Assembly: GCA_039810425.1 (NCBI GenBank)
Contig: JBDHWW010000007.1
Location: 21,929-85,928, forward strand
Length of the DNA: 64,000 nt
Direction: 5' to 3'
Source: Pseudobdellovibrionaceae bacterium
Lineage (GTDB): Bacteria > Bdellovibrionota > Bdellovibrionia > Bdellovibrionales > Bdellovibrionaceae
Shown: positions 12,278-23,097 of the stretch, piece after piece
Layout: each line of letters begins with the position of its first letter
Position numbering within the stretch: position 1 is the stretch's first letter
Notes under the pieces: model-generated
Seen by the model: the letters and a program-made list of their open reading frames with translations, nothing else
Databases searched by the model: none
What the model was told of the DNA's origin: nothing
Translations under genes and position numbers: made by a program

Positions 12278-13105
12278 TTATTTCAAAACGCCTGGATTCG
12301 TCTTGATTGAATAGCCCTTTTTCAGCTTATCAAAGTATTCATTGAAAGCTTGTTTTCTTTTCTCGTCGAAAACCGCAGCTCGAATTTGACGTTTATTAGC
12401 GTCTTCAAAAGTTCTTCGACCAGTGATTTTAATGATATGGAATCCGAACGGAGTTTCAACCAAACCTTTAATTTCTCCCACTTTTCCTTTAAGCGCCGCC
12501 TCATAGTACGACGGAACCAAAGTTATACGAGACTGCCAACCCACATCGCCACCCGCCTGTTTGCTGAGTGGATCATCGGAGTACAGCTTTACGAGCTCTT
12601 CAAATGGACGCTTAGACTTTCTAACCTCGTCATAGATCTCAGTCGCGCGCTTTTTCGCTTCAGCGATCTGCTCTGGGGTTGCGTCCGGCTTGAACTCAAT
12701 AAGGATGTGGCTTGTGCGGACTTCTGGATTGTTTTTATACCAAGCCTTCATTTCCGCATCAGAAACCTGGATCTTTTGGACCTTTGGTCCCAAATCTTTT
12801 TCGAGCAATGCTTTGTAAGTCTCTTGCTGGATACGATCAATAACGATCGGATCGTTCTGCATATTGCGCTTTGCGGCCTCCTGCAAGCCGACTTCATAGC
12901 GAACCATATCTTCAAGGAATTGATTTTTTGTTGGAGGGTTCAAAGTCTGAGATTTGATCTCATTGAATTTCTTATTGAATTCGTCGACAGTGATTTTCTT
13001 ATTGCCGACTGTCGCGACAACTTCAGAACCTTTCGATTGAGCAAATGACATCGAAGCCGAAAGAAGAATAACGCTCAAGGCGTACGTAAATGCAGTCAGT
13101 TTCAT
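12278..13105 (-). CDS. Parvulin-type peptidyl-prolyl isomerase, exported
   Basis: Signal peptide, VRTSHILI, GGDVGW, TPFGFHIIK. Confidence 0.9.
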   Translation of the reverse strand: MKLTAFTYALSVILLSASMSFAQSKGSEVVATVGNKKITVDEFNKKFNEIKSQTLNPPTKNQFLEDMVRYEVGLQEAAKRNMQNDPIVIDRIQQETYKALLEKDLGPKVQKIQVSDAEMKAWYKNNPEVRTSHILIEFKPDATPEQIAEAKKRATEIYDEVRKSKRPFEELVKLYSDDPLSKQAGGDVGWQSRITLVPSYYEAALKGKVGEIKGLVETPFGFHIIKITGRRTFEDANKRQIRAAVFDEKRKQAFNEYFDKLKKGYSIKTNPGVLK

Positions 13106-13164
13106 ACCTTAAAAGTCCCTTTAAAAAGTTGACGACATACCACATTAAAACGCTAGCACCGGGT

Positions 13165-13809
13165 TTAGGATTCAGCAATGACTTTAAGGGCTTGTTCTTT
13201 TGCGCTGTGTAGCAAAGTTTCGAGTTGTTCAGCGAGCTTTGGATCACGCGGGTCCTGGTCTTTCGTCGTAGGAGGAAGCGGTCCGTGCCACTGAATAACG
13301 ATTTTCGCGAAGGGTTTTGGAAAGAAGGTTTTATTCCATGCCTTTGGAAAATAAATAGCGCGATCTACACTCACCCCACAGTAGTAAATTGGGCTGTCCG
13401 AAAGTCTAGAGAGCTCAAACACACCAGGCTTTACTTTGTAGATGGGTCCCTTCGGTCCATCTACGGCAAAACTGCAGCTATGCCCATCGCGCATGAGGCG
13501 AATCAAACCTTTAAGTCCACCGACACCACCACGAGTAGAAGAACCCGCCGTGGTTTTTGCGCCGAGAAGTCTGAGAATGACAGACATCATCTGCCCGTCT
13601 TTGGATTGCGAAGACATGGTTGCGATATGGTAGCGGCGGCAAAGTTGAATGAGGGCAATCTCATCACCATGCCAGTGAGCCATCAAGAAAGGTTTTCGAT
13701 CACGGATTGCTTGTTTGAGTGGTTCGGGTTCAATAAGGCGCACCCTCCACGTCAGCGAAAGGGCGCGATAGATAAACCAAACTAAGAAACCTAAAAGATA
13801 CTTTCTCAA
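13165..13809 (-). CDS. DUF374 / lysophospholipid acyltransferase-family protein
   Basis: WH motif, SxSKDG, GSSTRGG, DGPKGP. Confidence 0.85.
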   Translation of the reverse strand: MRKYLLGFLVWFIYRALSLTWRVRLIEPEPLKQAIRDRKPFLMAHWHGDEIALIQLCRRYHIATMSSQSKDGQMMSVILRLLGAKTTAGSSTRGGVGGLKGLIRLMRDGHSCSFAVDGPKGPIYKVKPGVFELSRLSDSPIYYCGVSVDRAIYFPKAWNKTFFPKPFAKIVIQWHGPLPPTTKDQDPRDPKLAEQLETLLHSAKEQALKVIAES

Positions 13810-13812
13810 GGC

Positions 13813-14787
13813 CTAGTGCTTAAGAACTTTTTTGAATTCTTCTGTGAGCTTAGGAACAACGTCGAAAAGATCACCGACAATGCCGTAAGTCGCTTTTTGG
13901 AAGATCGGAGCATTTGGATCGTTATTGATTGCAACAACCACTTTGCTGCCGCTCATGCCCGCCAAATGTTGAATAGCGCCAGAGACACCAACCGCGATGT
14001 ACAAAGTGGGTGCTACAGTTTTACCCGTTTGACCCACTTGCATACCGTGACCAACCCAGCCCGCATCAACAACGGCGCGAGATGCACCAACAGTTGCGCC
14101 CAAAACATCCGCCAAATCATTCAAAAGTTTAAAGTTGCCGGCTTCTTTTAGACCACGGCCACCAGAAACGATGATGTTTGCCTCAGTCAAATCGAGCTTC
14201 TCAGAAGTGCCCTTAACGATTTCTTTAACCAAAGTTTTCAAATCTGGTTTTGCAAGCGCGTGCTCGACGATTGTTGCCGTTTTTGCGCTGTCGGCAGCCG
14301 CCACGGGCAATTGATTTGCACGCATTAAAACGATTTTGAGCGGACTGTTTTCAAAAGCTACGTTTGCGAAAACCTTGCCGGAGTACATAGGCTTTTTTGC
14401 AGCCACATTGTCACCAGAAATGCTGAGCTCCGTGCAATCAGAGGCAATGCCCGTCTTCAAACGAGCAGCAATTCTCGGGAAAAGGTCGCGGCCCGTGCTT
14501 GTCGCGGAGGCGAGCAAGATTTGAGGTTGAGTTTTTTCAAGAACAGAACCAACCGCTGCTGCGTAAAGTTCCGAGTTGTAAGCATCGAGGCTTGCGTCCT
14601 TGATGACGTGAACTTCAGTTGCTCCGTGGTGGCCCATTTCTACCGCAGCTTTGTCAGCGCCAGTTCCAACGGCCAGGCCAACGACAGTGTTGCCGGACTT
14701 TGCAGCGGCCTGTAAAAGCTCCATTGCACCACGCTTTAAAGCACCATTTTTGTGTTCCGCAAATACGAATACCTTAGACATCGCCAA
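13813..14787 (-). CDS. etfA: Electron transfer flavoprotein alpha subunit
   Basis: VSGGRG, GASRAVVD, QVGQTGK, SGAIQHLAG. Confidence 0.96.
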   Translation of the reverse strand: MAMSKVFVFAEHKNGALKRGAMELLQAAAKSGNTVVGLAVGTGADKAAVEMGHHGATEVHVIKDASLDAYNSELYAAAVGSVLEKTQPQILLASATSTGRDLFPRIAARLKTGIASDCTELSISGDNVAAKKPMYSGKVFANVAFENSPLKIVLMRANQLPVAAADSAKTATIVEHALAKPDLKTLVKEIVKGTSEKLDLTEANIIVSGGRGLKEAGNFKLLNDLADVLGATVGASRAVVDAGWVGHGMQVGQTGKTVAPTLYIAVGVSGAIQHLAGMSGSKVVVAINNDPNAPIFQKATYGIVGDLFDVVPKLTEEFKKVLKH

Positions 14788-14790
14788 CCC

Positions 14791-15567
14791 CTACAATACT
14801 TTCGCTTCATCACGAAGCAGTTTTACAAGTTCAGCAACTTGAGCTGAAGAATCGCCAGTGATTATTTTCACGGCAGGCTTTTCCGCAGGAAGGCTGAGTT
14901 GAGTGTATTTAACTTTTGTGTCCGTTGTTGGAATGTTCAAAGAAGCGAACTCGACCTCTTTCAAAACCTTTTTTTTCGCCTTCATAATACCAGGCAAGCT
15001 TGCGTAGCGAGGGGTGTTGAGGCCTTTGTTGGCGCCAACAACCGCGGGGGCTTTCAAACTCAAAACTTCTTTTGCGCCACCCTCAATGTCGCGCTCTACC
15101 GTCACACCCTCTGGAGACAGAGAGAACTTAGAAACCACCGTTGCGTGCGGCATGCCCAAGAACTCAGCGACCATTTGGCCTACTGAAGAGGCATTGTCGT
15201 CGATGGCGAGTTTGCCAGTGAAGATCAAATCAGCGCCGCCCTCTGCCTTGATGACTTCTGCCAAAGCGCGGGCTGTTGAATAAGAGTCGATGTTTTCAGG
15301 AGCGTTCACCACGATACCTTCATCGGCACCCATGGCGAGAGCCGTGCGCAATGATTCAGAGACGCGCTTGCTGGGGCCCACACTTAGAGCAAATACCTGA
15401 GTGCCCGCATTGGTCTCACGGTATTTAACCGCCTCTTCGATCGCGTACTCGTCGTAAGGATTGATGACCCATTTGATGCCATTTGTGTCGACAGAAGAGG
15501 CATCGGGGCCAATTTTAATCTTTGTTTCCGTGTCCGGAACTTGCTTAATACAAACAAAAATTTTCAT
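14791..15567 (-). CDS. etfB: Electron transfer flavoprotein beta subunit
   Basis: MKIFVCIKQVPD, INPYDEYA, PRYASLPGIM. Confidence 0.96.
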   Translation of the reverse strand: MKIFVCIKQVPDTETKIKIGPDASSVDTNGIKWVINPYDEYAIEEAVKYRETNAGTQVFALSVGPSKRVSESLRTALAMGADEGIVVNAPENIDSYSTARALAEVIKAEGGADLIFTGKLAIDDNASSVGQMVAEFLGMPHATVVSKFSLSPEGVTVERDIEGGAKEVLSLKAPAVVGANKGLNTPRYASLPGIMKAKKKVLKEVEFASLNIPTTDTKVKYTQLSLPAEKPAVKIITGDSSAQVAELVKLLRDEAKVL

Positions 15568-15735
15568 GTTGAACCTCGTTGGGTGGTTCTATCCCAAAGA
15601 CCCCCTTTGGCAAACCTAAAAATCCCAAACTAACATGACGCGAAAACGGCGAGAAGTGCCGTGGACAAGCGGACTTAGCGGGAGTAAAAGATAGTGAAAC
15701 TCAATTGAAAATACTGCAGAAAAAAGAGGTTTATT

Positions 15736-16416
15736 GTGGCTCTTTCATCGTCTCATGGTTTTTTGAGATCTACGATCGGCAAAAAATATCTCATGGGGTT
15801 GGCAGGTCTGATTTGGGCGGGGTTTGTTTTCACCCATATGGCCGGCAACCTTCTCATCTTTGTGGGCGCCGACGCCTACAACCTGTACAGCTACACGCTG
15901 ACGAGTAACAAGCTTTTGATCGTTGCTGAGGTGATTTTGGTTTTAGCACTGGTAGCCCATGTGTGCTTGGCGATCAGCCTGACGAAGCAAAATCGTGTGG
16001 CCGGCGGAGCAGGCCGATATGCAGTGAAGGCGAAGGGTGAAAAAAGAGCCCGGTTTGCCTCAACTACAATGGGCGTTCAGGGCTCTATTGTTCTCGTGTT
16101 TGTGATTCTTCACTTGGCGACTTTCAAATTTGGCACTCATTACGAAACGACCGTGAATGGCGTCGTCATGAGAGATCTCTTTAAACTCATGATCGAAGTT
16201 TTCCAAAGCCCAGGCTATGTGGTTTGGTACTTGGTGGCTCTGGTACTTTTAGCATTCCACCTGAGTCACGGCGTTGGCTCTGTGTTCCAGTCCTTCGGTT
16301 GGATGAATGGCCGCCATCAACCGATGCTTCGCAAGCTGGGCGTTGTCTATGCCGTCGTTGTGGCAGCCGGGTTTATCGCGCAACCTCTTTACATTTTTCT
16401 TTTCATGAAGGGCTAG
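15736..16416 (+). CDS. sdhC: Succinate dehydrogenase/fumarate reductase cytochrome b subunit
   Basis: Five TM helices, His ligands (HMAGN, AH, LHL, FHLSHG), STIGKKYLM start; precedes the flavoprotein. Confidence 0.9.
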   Translation: MALSSSHGFLRSTIGKKYLMGLAGLIWAGFVFTHMAGNLLIFVGADAYNLYSYTLTSNKLLIVAEVILVLALVAHVCLAISLTKQNRVAGGAGRYAVKAKGEKRARFASTTMGVQGSIVLVFVILHLATFKFGTHYETTVNGVVMRDLFKLMIEVFQSPGYVVWYLVALVLLAFHLSHGVGSVFQSFGWMNGRHQPMLRKLGVVYAVVVAAGFIAQPLYIFLFMKG

Positions 16417-16426
16417 GGAGAACGCA

Positions 16427-18343
16427 ATGTCTAAAACTCTAGATAGTAAAATTCCTGAGGGAACAATTGATAAAAAATGGACTGACCACAAGTTCAAAAT
16501 GAAACTTGTGAACCCAGCCAACAAACGTAAACACACAGTGATTGTTGTTGGTACCGGTCTTGCGGGCGCGAGTGCCGCAGCTTCTTTGGGCGAGCTGGGC
16601 TATAAAGTAAAGGCCTTCTGCGTGCATGAGTCCCCCCGCCGCGCCCATTCGGTGGCGGCTCAGGGTGGTATCAATGCGGCGAAAAATTATCAGAACGACG
16701 GCGATTCTATCTACCGTCTTTTCTATGATACGGTGAAGGGCGGGGACTTCCGCTCCCGCGAAGCGAACGTTCATCGTTTGGCTGAAGTTTCCGTGAACAT
16801 CATCGACCAAGCGGTTGCCGCAGGTGTTCCTTTGGCGCGTGATTATGGTGGTCTTTTGGACAATCGCTCATTCGGCGGAGCGCAGGTTTCCCGGACATTC
16901 TATGCTCGCGGCCAAACGGGGCAGCAGCTTTTATTGGGCGCATACTCGTCAATGATGAGACAAGTGGACATCGGCACGGTGGAGTTGAAATATCGTCGGG
17001 AAATGCTTGATCTTGTGGTGGTGAATGGCCAAGCCCGCGGCATCATCGTTAGAAACTTGCTCACGGGTGAAATTGAATCACACGAAGCTGATGCGGTCGT
17101 CCTCTGCACGGGCGGCTACTCAAACGTATTCTATCTTTCGACAAACGCGATGGCGTGCGCCGTAACGGCGGCATGGAAGGCCCACAAGCGTGGCGCTTAC
17201 TTCGCAAACCCGTGCTTCACACAGATCCACCCCACTTGCATTCCGGTTCACGGTGAAAACCAATCGAAACTGACTTTGATGTCAGAATCGTTACGGAACG
17301 ACGGCCGCGTGTGGGTTCCAAAAGCAAAAGGTGACAAGCGCCATCCTAATGACATCCCCGAGGATGAACGCGACTACTATCTTGAGCGTGTTTACCCCAG
17401 TTTCGGCAACCTGGCCCCTCGTGACGTGGCTTCTCGCCAGGCAAAATACCGTTGTGATGAAGGCCGTGGAGTGGGCGACTCTGGTAAAGCTGTCTACTTG
17501 GACTTCCGCGACGCGATCAACCGTTTGGGGGAACACAAAATCGCGGAACGTTATGGCAACTTGTTTCAGATGTACGACAAAATTACGGGTGAAAATCCAT
17601 ACAAGCAGCCTATGAGGATCTATCCGGCACCGCACTACACGATGGGCGGCCTGTGGGTGGATTACAACTTGGAATCAACAATTCCAGGCCTCTTCGTTGC
17701 GGGTGAAGCGAACTTTTCAGACCACGGCGCGAATCGCTTAGGCGCCTCGGCATTGATGCAGGGCTTGGCGGATGGTTACTTCGTCGTTCCGTACACCCTT
17801 GGCAATTATCTTGCGAGCAACAAGTTTGAAAAAGTCACAACAGATCATGCATCCTTCAAAGAGGCGTCTAAAGCTGTGACTGACGAAATCGCGAAGCTGA
17901 TGAGCATCAAAGGAAACCGCACAGTAGAAAGCTTCCATAAAGAACTGGGCCACATTATGTGGGAATACTGCGGTATGGGCCGCAACGAAACAGGCTTGAA
18001 GAAAGCTCTCGAGTTGATTCCAAAACTTCGCGAGGAGTTCTGGAAAAACGTGCGTGTTCCGGGTGAAGCAAACTACTTGAATCCTGAACTTGAAAAGGCG
18101 GGACGCGTAGCGGACTTCCTGGAGCTTGGCGAGCTGATGTGTCGCGATGCTCTGGAGCGCCGCGAGTCTTGTGGCGGTCACTTCCGTGACGAATATCAGG
18201 AGGATGGCGAGGCAAAACGTGATGACGCGAACTTCAGTCACGTTGCTGCCTGGGAGTGGAACGGCACAAACAAGCCACAAACGCGTCACCAAGAAGAGCT
18301 GAAATTCGACAACGTGAAACTTGCAACGCGTAGTTATAAATAA
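16427..18343 (+). CDS. sdhA: Succinate dehydrogenase/fumarate reductase flavoprotein subunit
   Basis: GTGLAG, FAD-His [35 protein letters not shown]. Confidence 0.96.
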   Translation: MSKTLDSKIPEGTIDKKWTDHKFKMKLVNPANKRKHTVIVVGTGLAGASAAASLGELGYKVKAFCVHESPRRAHSVAAQGGINAAKNYQNDGDSIYRLFYDTVKGGDFRSREANVHRLAEVSVNIIDQAVAAGVPLARDYGGLLDNRSFGGAQVSRTFYARGQTGQQLLLGAYSSMMRQVDIGTVELKYRREMLDLVVVNGQARGIIVRNLLTGEIESHEADAVVLCTGGYSNVFYLSTNAMACAVTAAWKAHKRGAYFANPCFTQIHPTCIPVHGENQSKLTLMSESLRNDGRVWVPKAKGDKRHPNDIPEDERDYYLERVYPSFGNLAPRDVASRQAKYRCDEGRGVGDSGKAVYLDFRDAINRLGEHKIAERYGNLFQMYDKITGENPYKQPMRIYPAPHYTMGGLWVDYNLESTIPGLFVAGEANFSDHGANRLGASALMQGLADGYFVVPYTLGNYLASNKFEKVTTDHASFKEASKAVTDEIAKLMSIKGNRTVESFHKELGHIMWEYCGMGRNETGLKKALELIPKLREEFWKNVRVPGEANYLNPELEKAGRVADFLELGELMCRDALERRESCGGHFRDEYQEDGEAKRDDANFSHVAAWEWNGTNKPQTRHQEELKFDNVKLATRSYK

Positions 18344-18352
18344 GGGTGTGAT

Positions 18353-19147
18353 ATGAGTGAATCATCTAAAAAAATCAACTTGACCCTCAAAGTGTGGAGA
18401 CAAAAAGGCCCGAAGGACTCCGGTGGCTTTAAAGAGTATGCCGCGAAAGGTGTTTCAACAGACGCATCTTTCCTGGAAATGCTCGATGCCGTGAACGAGG
18501 GGCTGATCTCTAGAGGTGACGATCCCATCGCATTTGATCACGACTGTCGCGAAGGGATCTGTGGCAGTTGTGGCTTCATGATTGATGGTCAGGCCCACGG
18601 CCCGCAAAAATCAACAACAGTGTGCCAATTGCATATGCGCGCATTTAACGACGGCGAAGTTTTGACCTTGGAGCCCTGGAGAGCATCGGCCTTTCCTGTG
18701 ATCAAAGATTTAATGACCGATAGAACAGCTCTTGACCGCATTATTAAATCTGGTGGTTATATTTCTGCCAATACAGGTAGTGCCCGTGACGCGAACAGCA
18801 TTTTGATTTCAAAAGTAGCGGCCGATCAAGCAATGAGCTCAGCGGAGTGTATCGGTTGCGGGGCCTGTGTGGCTTCTTGCAAGAACGCGTCTGCAATGCT
18901 CTTTACCTCTGCGAAGATTTCACACATGGCTCATTTGCCACAAGGCCAAGTTGAACGAAAAAAACGTGCTGAACGTATGGTCGGTCAAATGGACAGTGAG
19001 GGTTTCGGCGGTTGCACAAGCACCGGCTCTTGCTCGGCCGCCTGCCCGAAAGATATTAGCCTTGTGAATATTGCTTTAATGAACCGTGAATTCTTCAAGG
19101 CGAGCCTTTTAAAAGATGATGAAGTAGAAGTTGGCGGCGGCCTCTAA
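18353..19147 (+). CDS. sdhB: Succinate dehydrogenase/fumarate reductase iron-sulfur subunit
   Basis: [26 protein letters not shown] cluster motifs. Confidence 0.96.
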   Translation: MSESSKKINLTLKVWRQKGPKDSGGFKEYAAKGVSTDASFLEMLDAVNEGLISRGDDPIAFDHDCREGICGSCGFMIDGQAHGPQKSTTVCQLHMRAFNDGEVLTLEPWRASAFPVIKDLMTDRTALDRIIKSGGYISANTGSARDANSILISKVAADQAMSSAECIGCGACVASCKNASAMLFTSAKISHMAHLPQGQVERKKRAERMVGQMDSEGFGGCTSTGSCSAACPKDISLVNIALMNREFFKASLLKDDEVEVGGGL

Positions 19148-19180
19148 GTTATCTGGACCAAAATCGAGATTGAGGGGGAG

Positions 19181-19216
19181 GGGCACTGGATATTAGTCCA
19201 GTGCCTTTTTCTTTTT
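19181..19216 (+). terminator. Intrinsic terminator of sdhCAB
   Basis: GGCACTGGA/TCCAGTGCC stem followed by a T-tract. Confidence 0.8.
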
Positions 19217-19262
19217 TAGAGCAGACAACGCCGCCAAGCTGCGGCTAACCCACCCTTGGTCC

Positions 19263-19290
19263 TAAAGAATCCTAGCAATAAGTCCGAAGA
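19263..19290 (+). promoter_or_regulatory. Putative sigma28 (FliA)-type promoter
   Basis: TAAAG-N15-TCCGAAGA just upstream of ATG 19307. Confidence 0.5.
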
Positions 19291-19306
19291 AGGATTCGAG
19301 GGACGA

Positions 19307-19579
19307 ATGAAAAAAATTAACGAGCTAATGGACGAATTGGGTTTTGATCCAGAAGGATCTCCGGGCGTCAAAGAAGCATTTATTAAGTATCTTATTAAGG
19401 CGAGCGAAGGAGTGAACGTACTTACTCCGACGGAGAAAGCCCTGATAAAAGCAGATCCAAACAAGATCAAAGTCCTGTCCACCATGCAACGCCCCGCCCA
19501 GAATGCCGAGCAATTGAGTTTTGACTTCCACGCTGAAACGCGACCAAGGTCTAACTTTTCACGCAAAACACATAAATAA
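19307..19579 (+). CDS. Small hypothetical protein
   Basis: GAGGGA RBS before ATG 19307; fills the gap between sdhB and the protease gene. Confidence 0.65.
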   Translation: MKKINELMDELGFDPEGSPGVKEAFIKYLIKASEGVNVLTPTEKALIKADPNKIKVLSTMQRPAQNAEQLSFDFHAETRPRSNFSRKTHK

Positions 19580-19685
19580 ATAACGTAACTATTCGACCTT
19601 GGTACCATTTTGGAACTAGGTCGATGAATGAGATTCTCTCCCTAAAATTTCATCTCTGATCGAACCATCAATCCAAGGAGGGATT

Positions 19686-21323
19686 ATGAAAAGGCTTGTG
19701 AAAAAAGCCCGTCTCGCGTCAGTTGTTGGTGCACTCTTCGCTTCAGCGTTCGCAACAGCAGCTCAGCCAGAAGCAGTTCCAGGTGAGTATGTCGTTAAGT
19801 TGAGAGAGCCTCTTTCTACTTACAAAAATCAAATGAATGTCTTGAGCCAAGAGCTTGGGTCTTACATTAAGTCTTCAATTCCTGGGCAAAACATTGTTGT
19901 AATCAAGCGCCCGGTTTTTGAAACGCAGGCATCGGTTGTCAAGACGATGACTCAAAATCCTAACATCGAAGTGATCGAACCCAACTACATTTATCATGCA
20001 AGTAAAACTCCGAACGATCCAATGCTTGGCCAGCTTTGGGGTTTGCTCAATGTCGGCCAAACGGATGCTGACAAACAATCAGGCATTGCCGGAACTGACA
20101 TCGGCGCAACGAGTGCTTGGGATATCGAAACAGGTTCAACAAATGTAGTCATTGCCGTCATCGACACGGGTGTTGATTATACAAATCCCGACTTGGCTCC
20201 AAACATGTGGACGAATACGGATGAATTGAACGGTAAAAAAGGCGTTGATGATGACAGCAACGGCGTTGTCGACGACATCTATGGTTACAACACGATCAAT
20301 AACAGTGGCGATCCTAAAGACGACCACGGTCATGGCTCGCACTGCTCGGGCACTATTGGCGCCAAAGGAGACGATGGCAAAGGGATCGTAGGTGTTAACT
20401 GGAATACTCGCATCATGGCGGTTAAGTTTCTCGACGCTAACGGTTCGGGCACCCTGGAAAATGCGATCAAAGGTATCGACTATGCTTCTAAAATGGGCGC
20501 GAAGATCATGTCGAACTCATGGGGTGGCGGCGGTGAATCTCAAACCTTGAAAGAAGCTATCGAAAGGTCTAACAAAGCAGGCGCGCTTTTCGTAGCCGCG
20601 GCGGGTAACGAATCCAATAACAACGACGCGAACCCTTCTTACCCGGCTTCTTACCAAGTGCCAAACATACTTTCAGTAGCGGCAGTGGATAACAGAGGTC
20701 AAATAGCATCTTTCTCTAACTACGGTAAGAACTCAGTTCATGTGGGCGCACCGGGTGTAAACATCGTAAGTACAACCACGAATGGCTATGAGGCGTGGTC
20801 TGGTACTTCAATGGCGACTCCGCACGTATCAGGTGTTGCCGGCCTGATTGCTTCTCACGAACCAGGCTTAAGCGCGATTGAAATTAAAAACCGTATTATT
20901 ACGACAGCCCGTCCGATTGCGGACCTCCGTGGAAAAGTTCGCGGCGCTGGTTTCGTCGACGCCTATGCCGCATTGACAAACACCGCGCCACAGCCGGATG
21001 CCAACGATCCAGCAAACTGGCAAGCTATGTCTGTGTCCGCAGCGACGGCCCATCCATACGCTGATAAATCGAATGAAACTTACGAAGTATCTGTTCCGGG
21101 CGCGAAAGAGTTTTCCCTTTACTTCTCGAAGTTCGAAACCGAAAAAGGCTATGACACGGTTCAGTTCTTCGATGCTAAAGGCAACCTCGCAGGAGAAATG
21201 TCAGGCAATAACGATGACAGTTTCTCTCCTGTGATTACGGGTGATTATGTGAAAATTGTCTTTAAGTCCGATGACTCTGTAAGCCTGTACGGCTTTGAAG
21301 TAACAAAGGCAGCGTGGAGATAA
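19686..21323 (+). CDS. Secreted S8 (subtilisin-like) serine protease with C-terminal CUB-like domain
   Basis: Signal peptide, propeptide, triad VIDTG / HGSHCSG / GTSMATP; C-terminal FETEKGYD..FKSDDSV..GF pattern. Confidence 0.93.
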   Translation: MKRLVKKARLASVVGALFASAFATAAQPEAVPGEYVVKLREPLSTYKNQMNVLSQELGSYIKSSIPGQNIVVIKRPVFETQASVVKTMTQNPNIEVIEPNYIYHASKTPNDPMLGQLWGLLNVGQTDADKQSGIAGTDIGATSAWDIETGSTNVVIAVIDTGVDYTNPDLAPNMWTNTDELNGKKGVDDDSNGVVDDIYGYNTINNSGDPKDDHGHGSHCSGTIGAKGDDGKGIVGVNWNTRIMAVKFLDANGSGTLENAIKGIDYASKMGAKIMSNSWGGGGESQTLKEAIERSNKAGALFVAAAGNESNNNDANPSYPASYQVPNILSVAAVDNRGQIASFSNYGKNSVHVGAPGVNIVSTTTNGYEAWSGTSMATPHVSGVAGLIASHEPGLSAIEIKNRIITTARPIADLRGKVRGAGFVDAYAALTNTAPQPDANDPANWQAMSVSAATAHPYADKSNETYEVSVPGAKEFSLYFSKFETEKGYDTVQFFDAKGNLAGEMSGNNDDSFSPVITGDYVKIVFKSDDSVSLYGFEVTKAAWR

Positions 21324-21375
21324 GTTAGCGGTACCGCCAATTGGTTAAGCCACCGTGATGAGCGGTGGCTTGGGC

Positions 21376-22251
21376 CTAAAACCCATGTTTTTTTAGAAAG
21401 GCCTCCATCTTCATATTGATGTAGTCCGGAAAATCAAGTTGAGTGCAGTGCGAGCCATAAGGAACAATCACGAACTCGCTGTCGGCAATCTTATGATGAA
21501 ACTCTTGCTGAAACCTCTGGGGAGTCACATTGTCGCGCTCCCCCGAGATAATCAGCGTCGGTACGTTCACCGTTGGAAGAATGAACTCACCATCAAACTT
21601 CATGAGCTCTTCGAATAAAACCAGGAATGTGCGGAGATCCATGTGTGCAACCCCGCGGGCATAGACCTCGATATCTTTGAAATGAGTGAGCTTCAAATTG
21701 AAGCCGCCTGCGGCGCCCGCGAGTAGCATTGAGAACGGATTATCTACCGCCATTCTCCACAACGTTGTCCACAAGTCCGGAAACTTTTCATACTGGGCTT
21801 TCACGAAATAGTAAAAAGGTGCAACCACATCGAGACCAAACATTCCCTCAATTGGGTTTTTAGAAAAGCCATTGATATATGTCATGGAGCCAATACGATC
21901 AGGAGCCACATGGAAAAGCTCCAATAACAAAGGCGCGCCAAAGCTGTGGCCGGCAAAATGCGCTTTTGAAATCTGCAGATGATCCATGAGGCCTACAATA
22001 TCGTCAACAAGGTCAGAGATTTTTAGATTTTGAGGATTTCCAAGAGGCTGGCTCTTGTGATGACCGCGGATATCGAAGGTAATCACTTTGTAGTGCTTTG
22101 AAAAATGCTCCATCTGGAAGTGCCAATGATTCATGAGGCAGGCAATTCCATAGACCAGAATCAACGGCTCCCCTTCACCGCGGACTTCGTAATAAATCGG
22201 CGTCTTATCGAAACTTTCAAAGACACCACTTTCTTTTTCAATTATTGTCAT
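21376..22251 (-). CDS. Alpha/beta hydrolase
   Basis: GHSFG nucleophile elbow, GERD acid, C-terminal His (GSH). Confidence 0.9.
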   Translation of the reverse strand: MTIIEKESGVFESFDKTPIYYEVRGEGEPLILVYGIACLMNHWHFQMEHFSKHYKVITFDIRGHHKSQPLGNPQNLKISDLVDDIVGLMDHLQISKAHFAGHSFGAPLLLELFHVAPDRIGSMTYINGFSKNPIEGMFGLDVVAPFYYFVKAQYEKFPDLWTTLWRMAVDNPFSMLLAGAAGGFNLKLTHFKDIEVYARGVAHMDLRTFLVLFEELMKFDGEFILPTVNVPTLIISGERDNVTPQRFQQEFHHKIADSEFVIVPYGSHCTQLDFPDYINMKMEAFLKKHGF

Positions 22252-22263
22252 GGGAAGCAGTCC

Positions 22264-22953
22264 TTAAATGTACGTGACCTTGATCACGGTTCCGCCAATG
22301 CGAATAAGATCCCCATCCTGCAGAGTTTTGGTTTCGACGGGCTGATTGTTGAGACTTAACTTATTTCGGCAGAGGTTTCTAATTTTGGCCAGACCATCTC
22401 CGGGAATGATTTCAAAAGCAAGGTCTGGGGCTTCGGGATCTTGCAAGTCTATGTCTAACGAGTTCGCGCCGGCAATCCGAGGTCCGTAGCCTAAGTGCAA
22501 AGCTTCATCAGCCTGAATGCCCTGAACAAAGCGAAGTTTCAACGTGGGAGAAAAAGGCAGCCCCTTTCCTTCGGCCATCTTGTTCTGAATCCAGTCAATT
22601 GGAAGCTTTTCCACGAGGTTCTCCCGCCAAGAAAGGACCCGGGCAAACTCTTCAGCCGTTGGAGCTTCCACCGTGAGAACTTTGAAGTTGGTGCGGCCAA
22701 GGCGGAATGTGACGCCCGGCAGCATAGAAACCCGCCGGACCCGCCGATTTGAGAGTATGATGCCATTCGAGGAGTCTAAATCAATTAAAACGTATTGGCC
22801 CTTGTTGTCGACCTCAAAGCGGGCGTGCTCGCTGGAGATTTTTTCGTCATTGATGACGATCTCACCACGGCTGCGGCCGATTTTGTGGCCGTCTTCTATC
22901 TTGTATCGCGAACCCTGATGGGGCCCGTCGAGGGCCTCTATGAATAGTATCAT
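22264..22953 (-). CDS. Tandem FHA-domain protein
   Basis: IGRS, ISSEHA, DLDSSNG in the first domain; second degenerate copy ending LQDGDLIRIG. Confidence 0.82.
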   Translation of the reverse strand: MILFIEALDGPHQGSRYKIEDGHKIGRSRGEIVINDEKISSEHARFEVDNKGQYVLIDLDSSNGIILSNRRVRRVSMLPGVTFRLGRTNFKVLTVEAPTAEEFARVLSWRENLVEKLPIDWIQNKMAEGKGLPFSPTLKLRFVQGIQADEALHLGYGPRIAGANSLDIDLQDPEAPDLAFEIIPGDGLAKIRNLCRNKLSLNNQPVETKTLQDGDLIRIGGTVIKVTYI

Positions 22954-23048
22954 GTATTTATTGTAAGGAGCTTTTCGAAAAGCTACAACACTCACCGCTT
23001 GTGCTTATCCTTTGGGCGTGCTAAACCATCGAGCTCAGTTAAAAAGTC

Positions 23049-23093
23049 ATCCTTGCTCCTGACGTTGGGTCAGGGGCTATAAACCGAAAGGAT
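23049..23093 (+). promoter_or_regulatory. S6:S18 ribosomal protein leader (cis-regulatory RNA)
   Basis: ATCCTT pairs with the SD-containing AAGGAT; inner hairpin GCTCCTGAC/GTCAGGGGC; unpaired CCG at 23084-23086, as in described rpsF leaders. Confidence 0.72.
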
Positions 23094-23097
23094 CGAA

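Noticed and set aside
10344..13105. Three tandem PPIases as a novel system
   Set aside because: Parvulin/SurA genes before pdxA are an ordinary envelope-chaperone arrangement
21347..21371. Hairpin between the S8 protease and hydrolase genes as a terminator
   Set aside because: 9-bp stem present but no clear T-tract on either strand
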